Shown piece after piece: positions 26,088 to 39,000 of a stretch of DNA of 64,000 bases. Each line of letters starts with the position of its first letter. The first letter of the stretch is position 1. The notes beneath the pieces are model-generated. The model ran no database searches, had not been told where the DNA came from, and was given only the letters and a program-made list of their open reading frames with translations. The translations under genes were made by a program, and so were the position numbers. This stretch comes from Gonapodya sp. JEL0774 (lineage: Eukaryota): positions 372,001-436,000 of the forward strand of contig JADIIX010000001.1 in NCBI GenBank assembly GCA_027604505.1. Reading direction: 5' to 3'.

Positions 26088-26587
26088 ACCTCAAGTTTAG
26101 AGGATCCATCATCTTCACCACGCATACCATGCATACGTGAGCTGCTTCAACTTTCTAGTTTTGGTAATAATAAATGAATTCATTATAGATTTATCACACA
26201 ACTCAATGGTAGAAACGTCACTTCATCATATCTATCACATTAGAACACGATGCACTCTTTGCTTATTGTCCACACGAACCCACACGAATTGAGTGCGCTA
26301 TTTATCCGCGACCGTCGAGTGATGCGGGCCAGAAATTTGAGATGTCATGCAAAGCGGTACATTTATCGTTATGTAATGTGCATGAATTTAGGCTGCTGTC
26401 TATCGAGCCTGAGTGAGTTGCTCAACTTTGTATTCCATGGCGTACGGGTGTAGACAATTATAAATCATTCGATTTGGCTTTCATTGCTGTGATATTGGGT
26501 AATGGGGGGGGGGGGTGAGGAGAGGGGGGGAGATTTGGACAGCAAACAACAGACCAGAGATACCAAACCGCCCATCATATTTTATCC

Positions 26588-29254
26588 ATGTCGGCTCCGA
26601 AAACGCCCCACAAGGGACCAAACAAGCAGACGCAAATGAATCAGGTTTATTGATGAAGATGATGACCACTTTTTCTCTTCAATCGCATGCTCACTCGCCC
26701 GTGCTCATACATTCATGTGTTTCCATTAACAACAGCACGGATCCCAGACCTTGCGCGGCTGGAGTGATACGCCATCTTCGATTCCGGCGTCTCCCATGGC
26801 CTCATCGTCAATCCAGATTCTTGGCACGTCGCCGAAACGAGGAGGGGGAAGCAGGGCGGGCAAATCCCCTTCTACCTCAGTTGTAATGTCACCACGACAA
26901 CATTCGTTTCAGGCGGGGTCTAGCTATGAGGACCGACTGTTCCAAAGCTCACCAGACGACAGTACTTACCTGGAACGTCGTTTTGTCGAGCCCCTCAAAG
27001 ACAGGGAGAACGATAATCGACCACGATCCACTGCTCGAGGACGTGGAAGTGGTCGAAGACAACGTGGTGATAATTCATCTGCTAGAAGCGGTGATGTTTT
27101 TGGATCTGCAGAGGAGGAACAAGATCTTGTCGGTGTGGCAGGAGTAACCATGGACGGTCTGCTGGAGTCAACAGGGTCACCGCATCTCCCCGACAGCTCC
27201 CAGGAAGTGTTTCGGCACGAAAATGGACACCCTGGGTCTTCTGCCGGTCCGCCGGTCATTCACACTCAAGCTCCCCCCAATCCTCTCCATGTCGAAAATG
27301 GACCTCCCGGACAGGAAGAGCGCAGCGGCCCAGTGGAAGGTGGTCAGGAGAAATCGAAAGCCGATTTGCGGAAGGAAAAACGTGCGCAGCAGGTGCGGAT
27401 CCATATGGGGACAGATTGAATCCGACCCTGTGTGTGAGTGACCCGATTCTTCCAGGCAGCACAAAAGGCAGAGAGAGTCGCCAAGGCCGCAAGCAAACAA
27501 CAAGATGTTTCGTCGGCCCAAAAGTCCTCCCAAGCAAACAAAGTATCCCATAAAGAGCCTCCTTCCTCTCAGGAGCGTTCTGGTCCTGGGACGCAGGATT
27601 CGGGGGTTCAACCCAAGCACCAGGGGGCGAAGCAACAACAACAACAGCAGCAGCAGCAGCAACAACAACCTAAGACTGGAAAGCCTCAGACCGCCCCTGT
27701 TCCCCCTCCTACTCAGGCGCCTTTACCCACCAGTGCGTCAGAAATCAAACCGCCTAGCGTACCCTCCCCCTTCACCACCGACAAGAAGAAGAAGGTACTT
27801 CAACGTGTCCAATCCCAACGTCCTGTAGCACTGTTTGCCCATCTTCCCCAGTATGAGCGCGGGACGACCGGAACACCTGAGTTGAGTACCATTCATCCGG
27901 CAATCGTCCAGCTCGGAGTGCAGTTCAGTAGCTACGCCATCACGGGAGGTAATGCCAGATGTATTGCAATGCTAGGTGCTTTCAAGAAAGTAGGTTGTGT
28001 CGTTTCACGCGCGATACAGTCGCTAACCTCACTCACCGTGGTGATGCCAGCTGATTCTTGACTACTTTGCCGAGTACCCTCCCCAAACCGGCGTCGCCTT
28101 GCAAAGGCAATTGACATCGTACTTGACAAAGCAAATTGACTTCTTGAACACTGTCCGCACTCTGGCGACGTCCATGCGGACTGCCATTCGTTTTGTCAAG
28201 TCGGAGATTTCGGCGATCGGCGCCGATAATTTGGGACAAGACGTAAGCTCTCCTGTGGTAGAATCTTCTGTGTGACTTAAAACCCGTCCAAATGTTCTAC
28301 TTACTGAAAATTGTTTCACAGGCGCAGTCCCACGTCATTAACTCCATTGACCGTTTCATAGAAACCCACATTCACGATGCCACTCGCTCCATTGTCCAAA
28401 ATGCTCTCCCGAAGATTCGCGATGGCTCCGTCATAGTCACCTATGGGCGTAGCGCGGCGGTTCTCGATCTGTGCCTCGAAGCAACCAAACGAGGCATAAG
28501 ATTCAAAGTTTTTGTAGTGGACTCACGACCTCGAATGGAAGGGAGAGGGATGCTCGCGAAACTCGCCGCTGTGGGTGTCAACTGCGGTTATTGTCTTCTC
28601 AGCGGGTTAAGTTTTGTCCTCAAGGCTGTGAGTATTGTAAGATGCCCTGATGGGAATGGCGTTGTGTTAACATTGTAATGTGCTCAGGCGACGCTCGTTG
28701 TCTTGGGAGCCTCGGCGATGCTCTCCAATGGTGCGTTATTGAGCCGAATCGGTACTGCTTGTATAACAATGGCTGCAGTGGAAGCGCGGATCCCTGTCGT
28801 TGTTCTCTGTGAAACGTATAAGTTTTCAGACAACGTGCGCCTGGACTCTTTCGTTTGGAACGAGATTGGTATGTTGCTTATGTTTCTGCCGAAAGAGGAG
28901 CAGTTTCGATGCGATCATAATTGCGAAACGTGGGCTCAGGTGACGCCGAAGAGCTGGTCGATATAAGAGGACCAAAAACTCCGCAGCAGACTGTGTTTCG
29001 ACCCACTCCGGAACCCGCGAAATCGATCGACACCCTGAGTGACTGGCGAGAGCTGGACCAATTAAAACTCCTCAATCTTCTCTACGACGTGACCCCCGCC
29101 AAATTCATAACAGCAGTAGTTACGGAAATGGGCATTATTCCTCCCTCCAGGTGAGTGTTCAGGGGAGCGATTGTTCATCTGAGTGTCCTCACTTCTGAAC
29201 CTCCACAGTGTACCAGTGGTTTTGAGAGAACTCAACTCGGATTCTGGATTTTGA
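26588..29254 (+). CDS. GCD2: Translation initiation factor eIF2B delta subunit with long low-complexity N-terminal extension
   Basis: VALFAHLPQY, IHPAIVQLGVQF..ITGGNARCIAML, VFVVDSRPRMEGR, VVVLCETYKFSDNVRLDSFVWNEIG, LNLLYDVTP. The start at 26588 (MSAPKTP) is inferred from an in-frame intron. Confidence 0.92.
27633..27668 (+). repeat. CAA/CAG trinucleotide tract encoding 12 Gln in eIF2B-delta
   Basis: (CAA)4(CAG)5(CAA)3 in frame. Confidence 0.9.
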
Positions 29255-29407
29255 AATAAGTTTAGATAGAATGAGCATCAACGAATGTTGCTTCACATAT
29301 ACTACTATTACTGAAATTGATTGATTAACGGCAGAACTGGTTGTGTTTTGCACATCCTCCATCGATCACCAAAGCGACGCCCCGCGCTCCTGTGGGGAGA
29401 GAATTCC

Positions 29408-31793
29408 ATGACTTCCAATGGCAGCGTACATAGTGGAATTACTCTGTTCCAGGCGGCCCAGCAAGGGGACCTGCAACGCATCCAATACTTGATTGAGTCT
29501 GGCCACAACACCGCGAATGACCGCGATGATCAGGTGTGTTGGAAACTGTTCCCGCTCGAATCTGTGAGCGGCTCTAGATGGTTTTTTCGCACTATTCAGA
29601 ATGTCACAGCGCTCCACTGGGCTGCTATTAACAATCATCTCAGGATTTCACAGTATCTGATTGACAAAAAGGCGGAGCTGGATGCCAAAGGCGGTGGGCA
29701 CGATCAATTTGACGGTCTGAGCGCGATTCTGAGTAATTTCATGCCTCGGCGGGCACAGGGGACTTGGTGGCGACTCCCCTTCATTGGGCGACGAGGTCTG
29801 GATACATCCAAATGGTCACACTGCTTGTCAAGTTTGGTGCCGACCCGAATGAAAGAGATAATCAAGGTGTGATTGGGCGTGATGCACTCGACAGATGCGT
29901 GCTGAAATAATGCGTATTTAAGGTTACAATGCCATGCACTTGGCTGCCCACGGTGGTCATTCAATGCTGCTCCTGTATTTGGTCTCACTTGGAATGGACG
30001 TGGACACACTCGATAGTATGGGGAGAACCCCGTTGATGTGGGTCTGCTACATGGGGACGTCCTTGGATTCGTTCGATATACTACTTCGGTTGGGTACTGA
30101 CCTTGACAGAACGGTGAGTGTATGTTCTACTTTCTTGTGCTCATGCGCAAAGAAATATGAGATCCTGGCACTCGCAACGCAGGATACAACACAGTTTACT
30201 GCGCTCCATTGGGCTGTCGTTGTGAGTAGTGGGTTGCGACGACGGTGATGTCAACTCCTGGCTGACAGTCCTAGTTACGAAGACAAATCATTTGGATATG
30301 GCTAAGAAGGCCGTTCATGCCGGTGCCCGAGTTGACTTGAGGGACAACAACGGCAAAACACCCTACGATTGGGCGAAAGAGCGCAATCTCCTGTCCCAGT
30401 ACGAGGATATATTACATTCAAAACCTGCTGTGCCTGCTGGGAAAACATCTTTCCCTGCTGCGAGCGTGTACTCTCCGATGGCACGAAACATTTTGTGGGG
30501 ACTTCCTTTTCTGTTCCTTCCAGTGGCTGTTGCGACACTCTCCATCGCACCATGGTACCTGGGGTGGATTCTCGTACTTGCTGAACTCTTAGGCATGATG
30601 AAGGGGATAGGGCGGTGGATTCTTAAGGGGAAGCACGGGGAGCTAGCCAAGACTCCGTTCATGAGCGCCATTTTTCAAGCCAGTGCTTTTTGGACCGCGG
30701 TCGACTATTTTTTCGTGGTTCTTCCAAGTAAGTGTAGTACTATTGTTTCATTTATGCCCGCCAGTGCATGCCAAACGACGGAACGTAAAAACAGATACGT
30801 CTCACTTACTCCTTCACAATGTGTTGTTTGTCACTTTATTCGCAATTTGTATATACACGTTCAGTCGCGCAACGTACGGTGATCCGGGCTTCTTGCCCAA
30901 GTCTCAAACAGCTGAACAGCGGAATAGGGCTGTTGTCACGCTGGCCGCCCGAGGACTTCTGGACACGCGACACTACTGCATCAGTTGCGAAATACATAAG
31001 CCCATGCGGAGCAAGCACTGTAAGATATGCGATCGGTGCGTTGCCAAATTTGATCACCACTGTCCGTGGACGAACAACTGTATGTGAGTGGCAAAGCACT
31101 CGTTCGCTGTCGTGCGCTAGAGTACAATCCTTATAACGGCGGAACATTTATGTTTTATTACCAGCGGTTCACAAAACCATCGACAGTTTATGATGTTTCT
31201 GTACGCACTTGTTCCTGGCATAGTTATCTTTGATCTCATGGTTATTGAGCGTGAGTCGCATTGGATTGGACTCACGTGTCGTGGGTGAGAACGTTTATAT
31301 AACTCATACCACCCGCATCTTACAGATTACTCACTTGCCCTCGAGCAGGGACTTGGATTAGTTAATCCGAGCTGTCCTTTGATTCCGGAGCTTTGTCGTT
31401 TATTAAATTACGACATGTCCACACTTGCCTTGACAGTGTGGATCACGTGTAATTTGATTTGGACAGTCTTCTTATGTGTGATGCAGTCATATCAGGTTGT
31501 CATCAACAAAACGACGAATGAGACTGTGAATTGGCATAGGTGAGCTGCAGCTCAAAGACCATAACAAACGATTTTGGGAAAGTTTAACCGTTTAGACCAA
31601 CCCTAACCTTGAAAATAGGTACGACTACCGGACTACCGCGGGACTTGGAGGCTCTGGAGATGAGAATCCGTTTGATAGGGGATGTTTTGGGAACTTTGCA
31701 TCGTTCTGGGTGGCTGACCCCTCTTCGTGGTATTCGGATGGGGGGGGGAATGGACGTGGGGCAGGTGAAGGAGCAAAAATTGAGATGGTATAA
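29408..31793 (+). CDS. AKR1: Ankyrin-repeat DHHC palmitoyltransferase Akr1/ZDHHC17
   Basis: Ankyrin repeats (TALHWAAINNH, TPLHWA, TPLMWVCY), TM helices, KPMRSKHCKICDRCVAKFDHHCPWTNNC, TTNE, NPFDRG. Confidence 0.94.
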
Positions 31794-31964
31794 AATCAAC
31801 TGATATTTCATGTAATTGATTGACTGATATTTACGCAATCACGCACGTACTATTACATTCCTCACGATTAGTGAACAGAAAGAATTGTATAACTTCTGTG
31901 GTCAGTGCTGATCGGGATCACGATCAGTCGGGCTGGTTCATTCGTCATTCCAGAGTTGGGTGTC

Positions 31965-34900
31965 ATGGATGTGAGTGTTGCAGAGTTGAGTCCAGCTACA
32001 TACCGCTACATTATCTGACGATCGCGACTTTGCCTGCCATTTCCTTGACTTGCTTCCGAATGGTTGATGCCAGAGCCAGGTGCAGCTTAGCCTAGCTGTC
32101 AACGATGTCAGAACTCTTATTCTTCTGCTCGACTCGGCGGAGAGTGCGGTATCAAACACGTGTCTCGAAGCTCTAACAAAGTATGCCGAGGCTGGTGGGT
32201 GATACCGTATACATTACTGCTCTGCTGGCTTGTGAGTGGGATTAAAGAGAACGCAATCCAACAGGTGTCCGGCAACGGCAAACGCTTTTGAAACTTGGTG
32301 TCCTCAAGCATTTAATGTGTCTTGCATCTTCAAAAGATCAATTGACAAGGAAGAACGCTGTCACCTGCATATCTGCGACAACAGAGATTGGTAATGGAGC
32401 CCATTCACAAGTTGCAAGTTTGCCATAATGTTTGAAAATCATCAATACTCTGCAGATGATCTTGATACATACCCTGAACTGCGAAGACCAGAACTCATGG
32501 GAATGCTGATCAATCTGTTAGGCCCAGAGGAGGTTGTGGAAGTTCAAGAGGAGGCCGCGTTCGCACTTGCCAACCTCTCAAAGGACTGTGAGAGTTGGTG
32601 CGTGTCATGTGAAACAATTGAACACACACATATGGAGCTTCTTTTACGTAGTTTCAATCAAGGCGGACATCCGGAAGGCTGGCGGGCTGAAAGCTCTGGT
32701 CAGGCTTTTGGATTCAGCCGATCCAGACGTCAAAAAGAACGCGGCACTGGCCGTCGCCATCAGTCTAGAAGACTGTAGGTGGCTTGGGAACTTCTTGGAA
32801 TGAAATACTGTTTCCCGTGTCTTCTTCGTTTCTCTCCAGATAATGCAAGAACAGAAGTGCGACTGGCGGGAGGTGTCTCGAAACTCATCGATCTTTTAAC
32901 TTCAGATTACAAAGAAATCCAAGAAAATGCTTTGCTAAGTCTAACTCGATGCGTCGAAGATTGTGAGCCTTCCACATGGACTTCGTTGTCGTCACGTCGA
33001 ATCGAATCGTCTTCCACCCGCTGTTAAAGTCTCAAATCGTGTTGAATTCCGGAAGTGCAATGGCGCCAAAAAGCTCGTGGATCTGCTGAATGCAAGTTTG
33101 CCTGGTCTTCACGCCATGACCCTCCAATGCTTCTGCAATTGCTTAGAGGACAGTGAGTTCCTGTCAATTATACACTCATAAACCCCCATTGCAACTTTCC
33201 ATACCTGCCCTGTACTCGGATACACCAAAGATGAGATAAACTCTGCCGTCGCCGATTTGAACGGTGTCGTAGCGATCTTCAAGCACATTGCGTCGGACGA
33301 CATCAAAGTCAAGCGTAATGCTCTAGTGGCTCTTGGGAGAGTTGCGCGAGTCGGTACGTAGATCTTGATACCTTTGTGCTTCCATTGTATGAACTTTCTC
33401 AATCACAAACCTGCTGTGTCTTGGGAAATTGTCGTAAGACCGCAATTTGGACCATTTTCGCGAGCCCCCAACGAACTTGAACGTGCTTTCGTCATGTCTA
33501 AATCACTCAGACCCAGACATCTCCGCGGGGGCGGCGGTTTGCGTCGCGGCGGCTGCGCGGAACGATCTCAACATGGCTGAGCTGTTGAAGTACGGCGCTG
33601 TGGAATCTTTGGTTGGGCTCCTGGCTCGTGGTGAGGCTGCGGCTAGGGCAGCGGTGGCAGGACTCGGGGGAATGTGTGGAAGCGGTCAGTACATCCAGGT
33701 GGTGGAGGCAGCCACATGTTGGAGTTTATCTCTCTTCTTTTCTCAATCCAGCAAAAGTACGCGGCAAAGTGCGACAAATGGACGGCATCCCGGCCATTAT
33801 TGGACTCCTCAGTAGCAGCGACAATCTCACCCTCATCAGCGCAGCAGAGTGCATAAACAACCTTGCCGAAGACGGTACGTGCCGACTTGGATCGAAAGAC
33901 AGTCCATTGCTTTACAAAGAGTCAAAATGTTCTGTTTTTCGGGTGTCCATGAACTTTTGCAGCGTCGATTCGAGGCGAGATTACAAAACAAGGTGGCGTT
34001 GCAGCTCTGTGTCGGGTTCTTTCGTCGCAGGAACCTCGTGTCACTGCCACAGCGGCATGGGCACTCGCTCGAACAGTTCAAGATAGTGCGTTCTTCAGTG
34101 TCAAAAGAAATGTTTTAGATTCTTATTGAATCGTCCATTTCAAGGTGATTCTCGAAGCGCACTATTGGAAGCCGGGGGCATTTCCTCTTTGGTCTCACTA
34201 CTTCGAGCACCGGATATGACCGTATGTAGAAATGCTGCTTGGGCGCTTTCAAATGCGGCCAGTGATGGTGAGAGATCGATGTCAGCGCTCTCTACGCCGA
34301 CGTGTGTTTGATGTACACCACCTGTCACTGGAATTTTCCAGGTATTCTTGCAATGGAAGCGTGCAGGTATGGAGCCTTGGAAGCCTTGTTGGCGCTTTCG
34401 ACGTCCTCCAAAAACGCCAAATTCGCGGCCGATACATTGGAGAAACTTCTACACTACCGTGGGTGATTGGAATTGTGTCGCCGTTCCATTTATGGAGTTT
34501 TGGTTAACTCCCCACGGATAGACCTTTCCGCCAAATTTTGGTTGCGCGATCATCTTACCCCATCTAATCAAATCCAAAATGGATTCTACGATGCTGGTTC
34601 GTCCGGGCCTAGTCCCGACCTGAAAGCAGGTTTCCCCCAGTTGAATGAACTGAAAGCACAACCAATCGATAAACACCGAGAGGTTCTTCTGGTGGATACG
34701 GCAGAGGACGAACGCTTGGCAACTCTGATCGAAAAGGCCAAGATTGAGGTTGCCTCGGTCATGTCAGACGCTGCAAACAGTCTGCCTCCACTCCCCCAAA
34801 CCGCCACTGGTATTGGCTTGAGACCCTCGAGTGCAACAGGTGTGCTGACGGCGCAACGAAATTGGGTTCCTCGCTTGGAGGCAATAAAGAAGCTCGCAGT

Positions 34901-35393
34901 CTTGGTCTGTGATGCCATGGGAGGAGAGGTGCGACCAGAATCGGCCGACGACGTGGACTACAAGTTTAGAATCGCCGAGCTCAAATTAGCAAAGAAGACA
35001 AACGTGGTGCCTATCGGTGAAGTGCTCAAAGGAACATTTTACCATCGTGCGTTGCTCTTCAAAACCCTGGCCGACCGGGTGGGAGTACCCGGAGTCGGTC
35101 TTTGGAGGGGTGATTACGGGCGGGGGTGGTGTACAGTGGAGCTCACGAAAGAAGAGGTAAAGGCGCTTCTGGCTCAGGGGCGTCTGGTCGGGGAGGAGGG
35201 TGACGTCACCGCTGGACCAGACACGAGCACAAACCGGGCCGGAAATGGCTCAGTCAGTATAGTTCTGGGAGGGACCAATGTTGAGGGAGGTATAGTGGAA
35301 GTAGCTGTGCTAGATTTAATGTTTTCCACTGTGGGGAGATTCATCAGGGGAGGAACCGCTGATGCTGAGAAGTACCAGCGTGTATTTGTGTAA
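31965..35393 (+). CDS. ARMC3: Armadillo-repeat protein with C-terminal EDR1-like domain (ARMC3-like)
   Basis: Many ARM repeats (AGGLKALVRLLDSADPDVKKNAALA), then LSAKFWLRDHL..IQNGFYDAG, REVLLVD, NVVPIGEVLKGTFYHRALLFKTLADRVG..RGDYGRGW. Confidence 0.82.
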
Positions 35394-35412
35394 TTAATCT
35401 TACACCGAGAGT

Positions 35413-35947
35413 TCAGGATTCGTCGGCTGCCTTTGTAGTTTCACCAGGAGTCTTGTCAATGTGACCGAGAGATTTGTCAGGTGCAACAACGTCTCGAATC
35501 AACTTTGACGTCGGAGAGAACCAGCGTTAAAAGGGAGTGAGATTCAGTGGCCTCCAAAGGTCGACTCTCACTCGTTTTAGTTCGGTTATCTCTGGAAACC
35601 CTTTTCTTTCTTTCCTGTCCCACACGATGGAAGTATCTTGTTCGTTCATTGCCGCGATTACCCTAAGAGCATTCGTGGGTGTGTATGAGTGGATGATTCA
35701 AAGCTTGGGAGAGGAGCGTATGCACTTCCATTCTCCAGACAAACCGGGCGACAACGCGACCTCAGCTACGTCGCTTTCAAATGTAGACAGAACTGGGAGT
35801 GAAAGCCCGCTGTCAATCATGTATTAGTATTTGAGCCAAGTTTCCTCAATCCTCACTTTCTTGCTGCATCCATGCACTTCGTAGCATCCATTTGCACTTT
35901 GTGCAATACTTTATGACGATTCGTGGGTAGCCTGCTCGTCCCTCCAT
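35413..35947 (-). CDS. Rdx-family (SelW/SelT/SelH-like) thioredoxin-like protein, Cys form (CTKC)
   Basis: Spliced: MEGRAGYPRIVIKYCTKCKWMLRSAWMQQELLSTFE..VWDRKERKGFPEITELKRLIRDVVAPDKSLGHID. Confidence 0.9.
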
Positions 35948-36071
35948 ATTTTTGTCCAAGTTATGATTTGTTGTGAGTTTGCTGGATCTGGCAGTTGATC
36001 GGGTGATCAAATATGGATCCATACACAATGAGGCAGTTTCTCTTGCAAATGATAAATGGACACATCAATTC

Positions 36072-39000
36072 ATGCTCGAAGGGAACTACTTGAGATTCTG
36101 GAGACTGGCGATTACTCCTCGAGTCAGGAACTTGGAAAAGCAGTGGGGAACCACATCCAACCTCTTCAACATATTCGTGCTGCTCACATCCATCTGTCCA
36201 GGATTCGATTTTCGCACCATTATTAGCTCATACACTGGAAATCTCAAAAATTATACCAAAGAATTCTTCTCTATACCGGCATAGCTCGGTGGGTTGTATT
36301 TTTGTTTTCTTATGCCCATCTATCATCCATCATCGTCACCAACCTTTTGAACCAAAGTATCAACTTGCGGTGAGGTTTCAGAGCGTAAATTATGAGCAGC
36401 TGTTTGCTGAGGCTTCCGCAGAACGGCTGAAGCGTGTCAAGGTTCGTTCTTCCTTCACACCTGTGCCAGAGGATTACATGACGTCTTTGCAATTTTCCTG
36501 TTAAAGCTGGCTAAAAGTCCACCCAATACTATCGAACAATATGTTTCCTTTGTAGTGGACGAAGTTACGTCACATCAAGAACGGATGCTATGGTGAGAAG
36601 CGTCCTCTCCTCCTCTAGAATGCAAAATCTGTTATGAACTGCGCGCTTTTCTAGCCAAACTCTCACTGATGTCTTCGCGCTAGTTTCATTTGGCCAGTCG
36701 TATCTTTCAGGAAGGCGGACCACTCCGACGAAACCGGCAGACCTTCCCCTCGCGGAGAAATGGATTCTATTGGATCATCCCAGTTTTCGTGAAACGATTG
36801 AGGTCTCAGTGATCGTGTTGCTTCTTCGATTGGGCGCCAGGATTCCGATTCAAGTATGTGAAACATTACTGTATAATCTTTCAAAGCATTGACAGAATGA
36901 ATTGTAATGCCGGCAGCCGTTGGTCATTGGGATTCTTCAGGCGTTCTTATCACCTAATCTAGTAATTGCCATTGCTTTGAATTTATGGTGGGAGTTTGAC
37001 AAGGTATAGTAGAAATATATATTTAATTTTATGTGAGTGCGATCTCGTTCTCACCGGAGTTGTGTTGAAAGGTGATTGAAGGCTTGGTAGAATGCTCGCT
37101 GTTGCATCAAGCTCCGCAAAACCTGATTGAGTAAGTCGAAGAGCACCGCAGGTACTACTCTCACATCCCCACAAGCTCACCTCCCTATTAATTCTCAGTG
37201 AAATACTTCACAATCTGTGGCAAATCGCGCCCCATAAAAGTTTGAACACCAGAAGTCAATTAACTCAAGCCCGAGTTAATTTCGGATTCTGCCTTGAGCT
37301 TACTATTGTGCAACTGGACGATATAGTGAGAACATTGGGAGTCATTTTAGCTTGGTGCCAACATAAGCACACAGCGATTTTTTTTTCGCCAGGTTCTGTA
37401 CCTAGACTCGGTGTTTTCGGCCGATGTCCATTGGATAGATGGTAGTGAACAAATCACCCGTCATGCGGGGAAAATCCGGGAGCTCCTGCGTAAGGACTTC
37501 CATGCGCAAAATGTTGGTGTGCTGTCACGACATTTGTTGAGGAGTTCGAATTTGATATTTAAATTTAGCAGACATACCCGAACGTGGAGTACCTTCGATC
37601 TTATGGTCGAGTGATGTGCGCTCTCGCCGGTACCTTCAATTTGAGCCTCTCTTTTGAGGAATTGATTTCGTTTGTGGAGAAATCAAATGCCGGACCGACC
37701 GGATCAGCTTGTTGGGACGAACTCCGGGTATTGGCACTGTGTCTGGTCATGCTCTGCCCCGAACCACTCTTGGAACGCAGCAACGTAAGTTCACATAAAA
37801 ACCTTGTCAGGAATGATTCCTTGATTCTCTGGGCTCACTTCAAATTGGCATCAACAGGCCTCTATCTTAGAAACAATATCTTCCCTACAATCTGCGAGCT
37901 CTCGCAACTTTTCGCTGGGCCTTTTTGTTAATCTTTTTCTCAGTCAGTTTACCCAAATTGAGGTGTTAGTATGCGAAGCTCTCCACTTCAAGGTCATCGT
38001 AAGTGAGTGTTGATCTCTTATTTTCTGGTGGTCCGAACGTGAAACGGAGTGGCTCAAAACCCACAGGTCATCCGAAGCTCGCGAGATTGCGGAACGCATT
38101 GGCGCCGCTCCTAAATGAAGAACGTCTCGGACATAGTGCTTTGGCACTTGATCCCGTGATTCTGGAAGCTGAGGTAATACACAGTATAAAACCGTCGATG
38201 TGGGTTCACTGATTGTTCACGGCAACTCTCTTCCAGGGTCCATCGAGTATATCAGTTCGTGTTGTCGACGAGCTCCTGAAGTCAGCCAACTCTGCATTCC
38301 ACAAAGAACTGCCAAATGTTGGGCGATTCGTAGTTGAGAGTATCCGATGTGCAAAGTCCCCGGTTGAACCTCTTCTGCCCTCTCTGATCAAGGACTATAT
38401 CGCAAGGTAATGTTATCATGCAGCAGAGCCATCGTTACTGTCCAGGAGCTCAAGCATTTTCTTCTGGAAGCGCTCTGGCAGATCCATCAACACGCGATCA
38501 CTGCAAGGTTCCAGAAGCAACAATAATTGATGTGCTTGGTGGAACTAATTCATACTCCCATTCAATGATCCTACTGTTCGTTCTTTCATTCTGCGACGAA
38601 GTTCACCGTGATAGATCAAATACGAGTGTACCACGATTAAATGATACAATCGGTGAGTCACGCATGGTTTGTTTTGTTGTAGATCTCGCATTATCAGGTA
38701 AACTGCTTGATTGGCAGAGTACTCTGATGAATTCCTGAGCACTCTTCCTTTCAAGAAAGTTGTGAGGGAAGCGACCCGACTGCACGATACGACAACGTCG
38801 CAAATCGTTGTCCCTGAAATAGTTACAATAATAAGTAAATATTATCCGTATCTGCTCGATGGCAGGGAATTTGCTATATCGTCAAGGTGAGTGAGAAGAT
38901 ATCTCGATTCTCTACATTGCATCCGAAGTTATTGAGAACGTTGCGTATTGAATGAGCGATGAACACGAGCAGAACTTTGTGTTTGCTAGCCCGATAAATC

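Noticed and set aside
31597..31608. AACCCTAACC telomere-like motif
   Set aside because: Single copy at the branch-point position (CTAAC) of an AKR1 intron.
35890..35906. Selenoprotein (CxxU) in the SelW-like gene, since some early-diverging fungi use selenocysteine
   Set aside because: Both redox positions are TGC (CTKC) and there is no in-frame TGA, so this is a Cys homologue.
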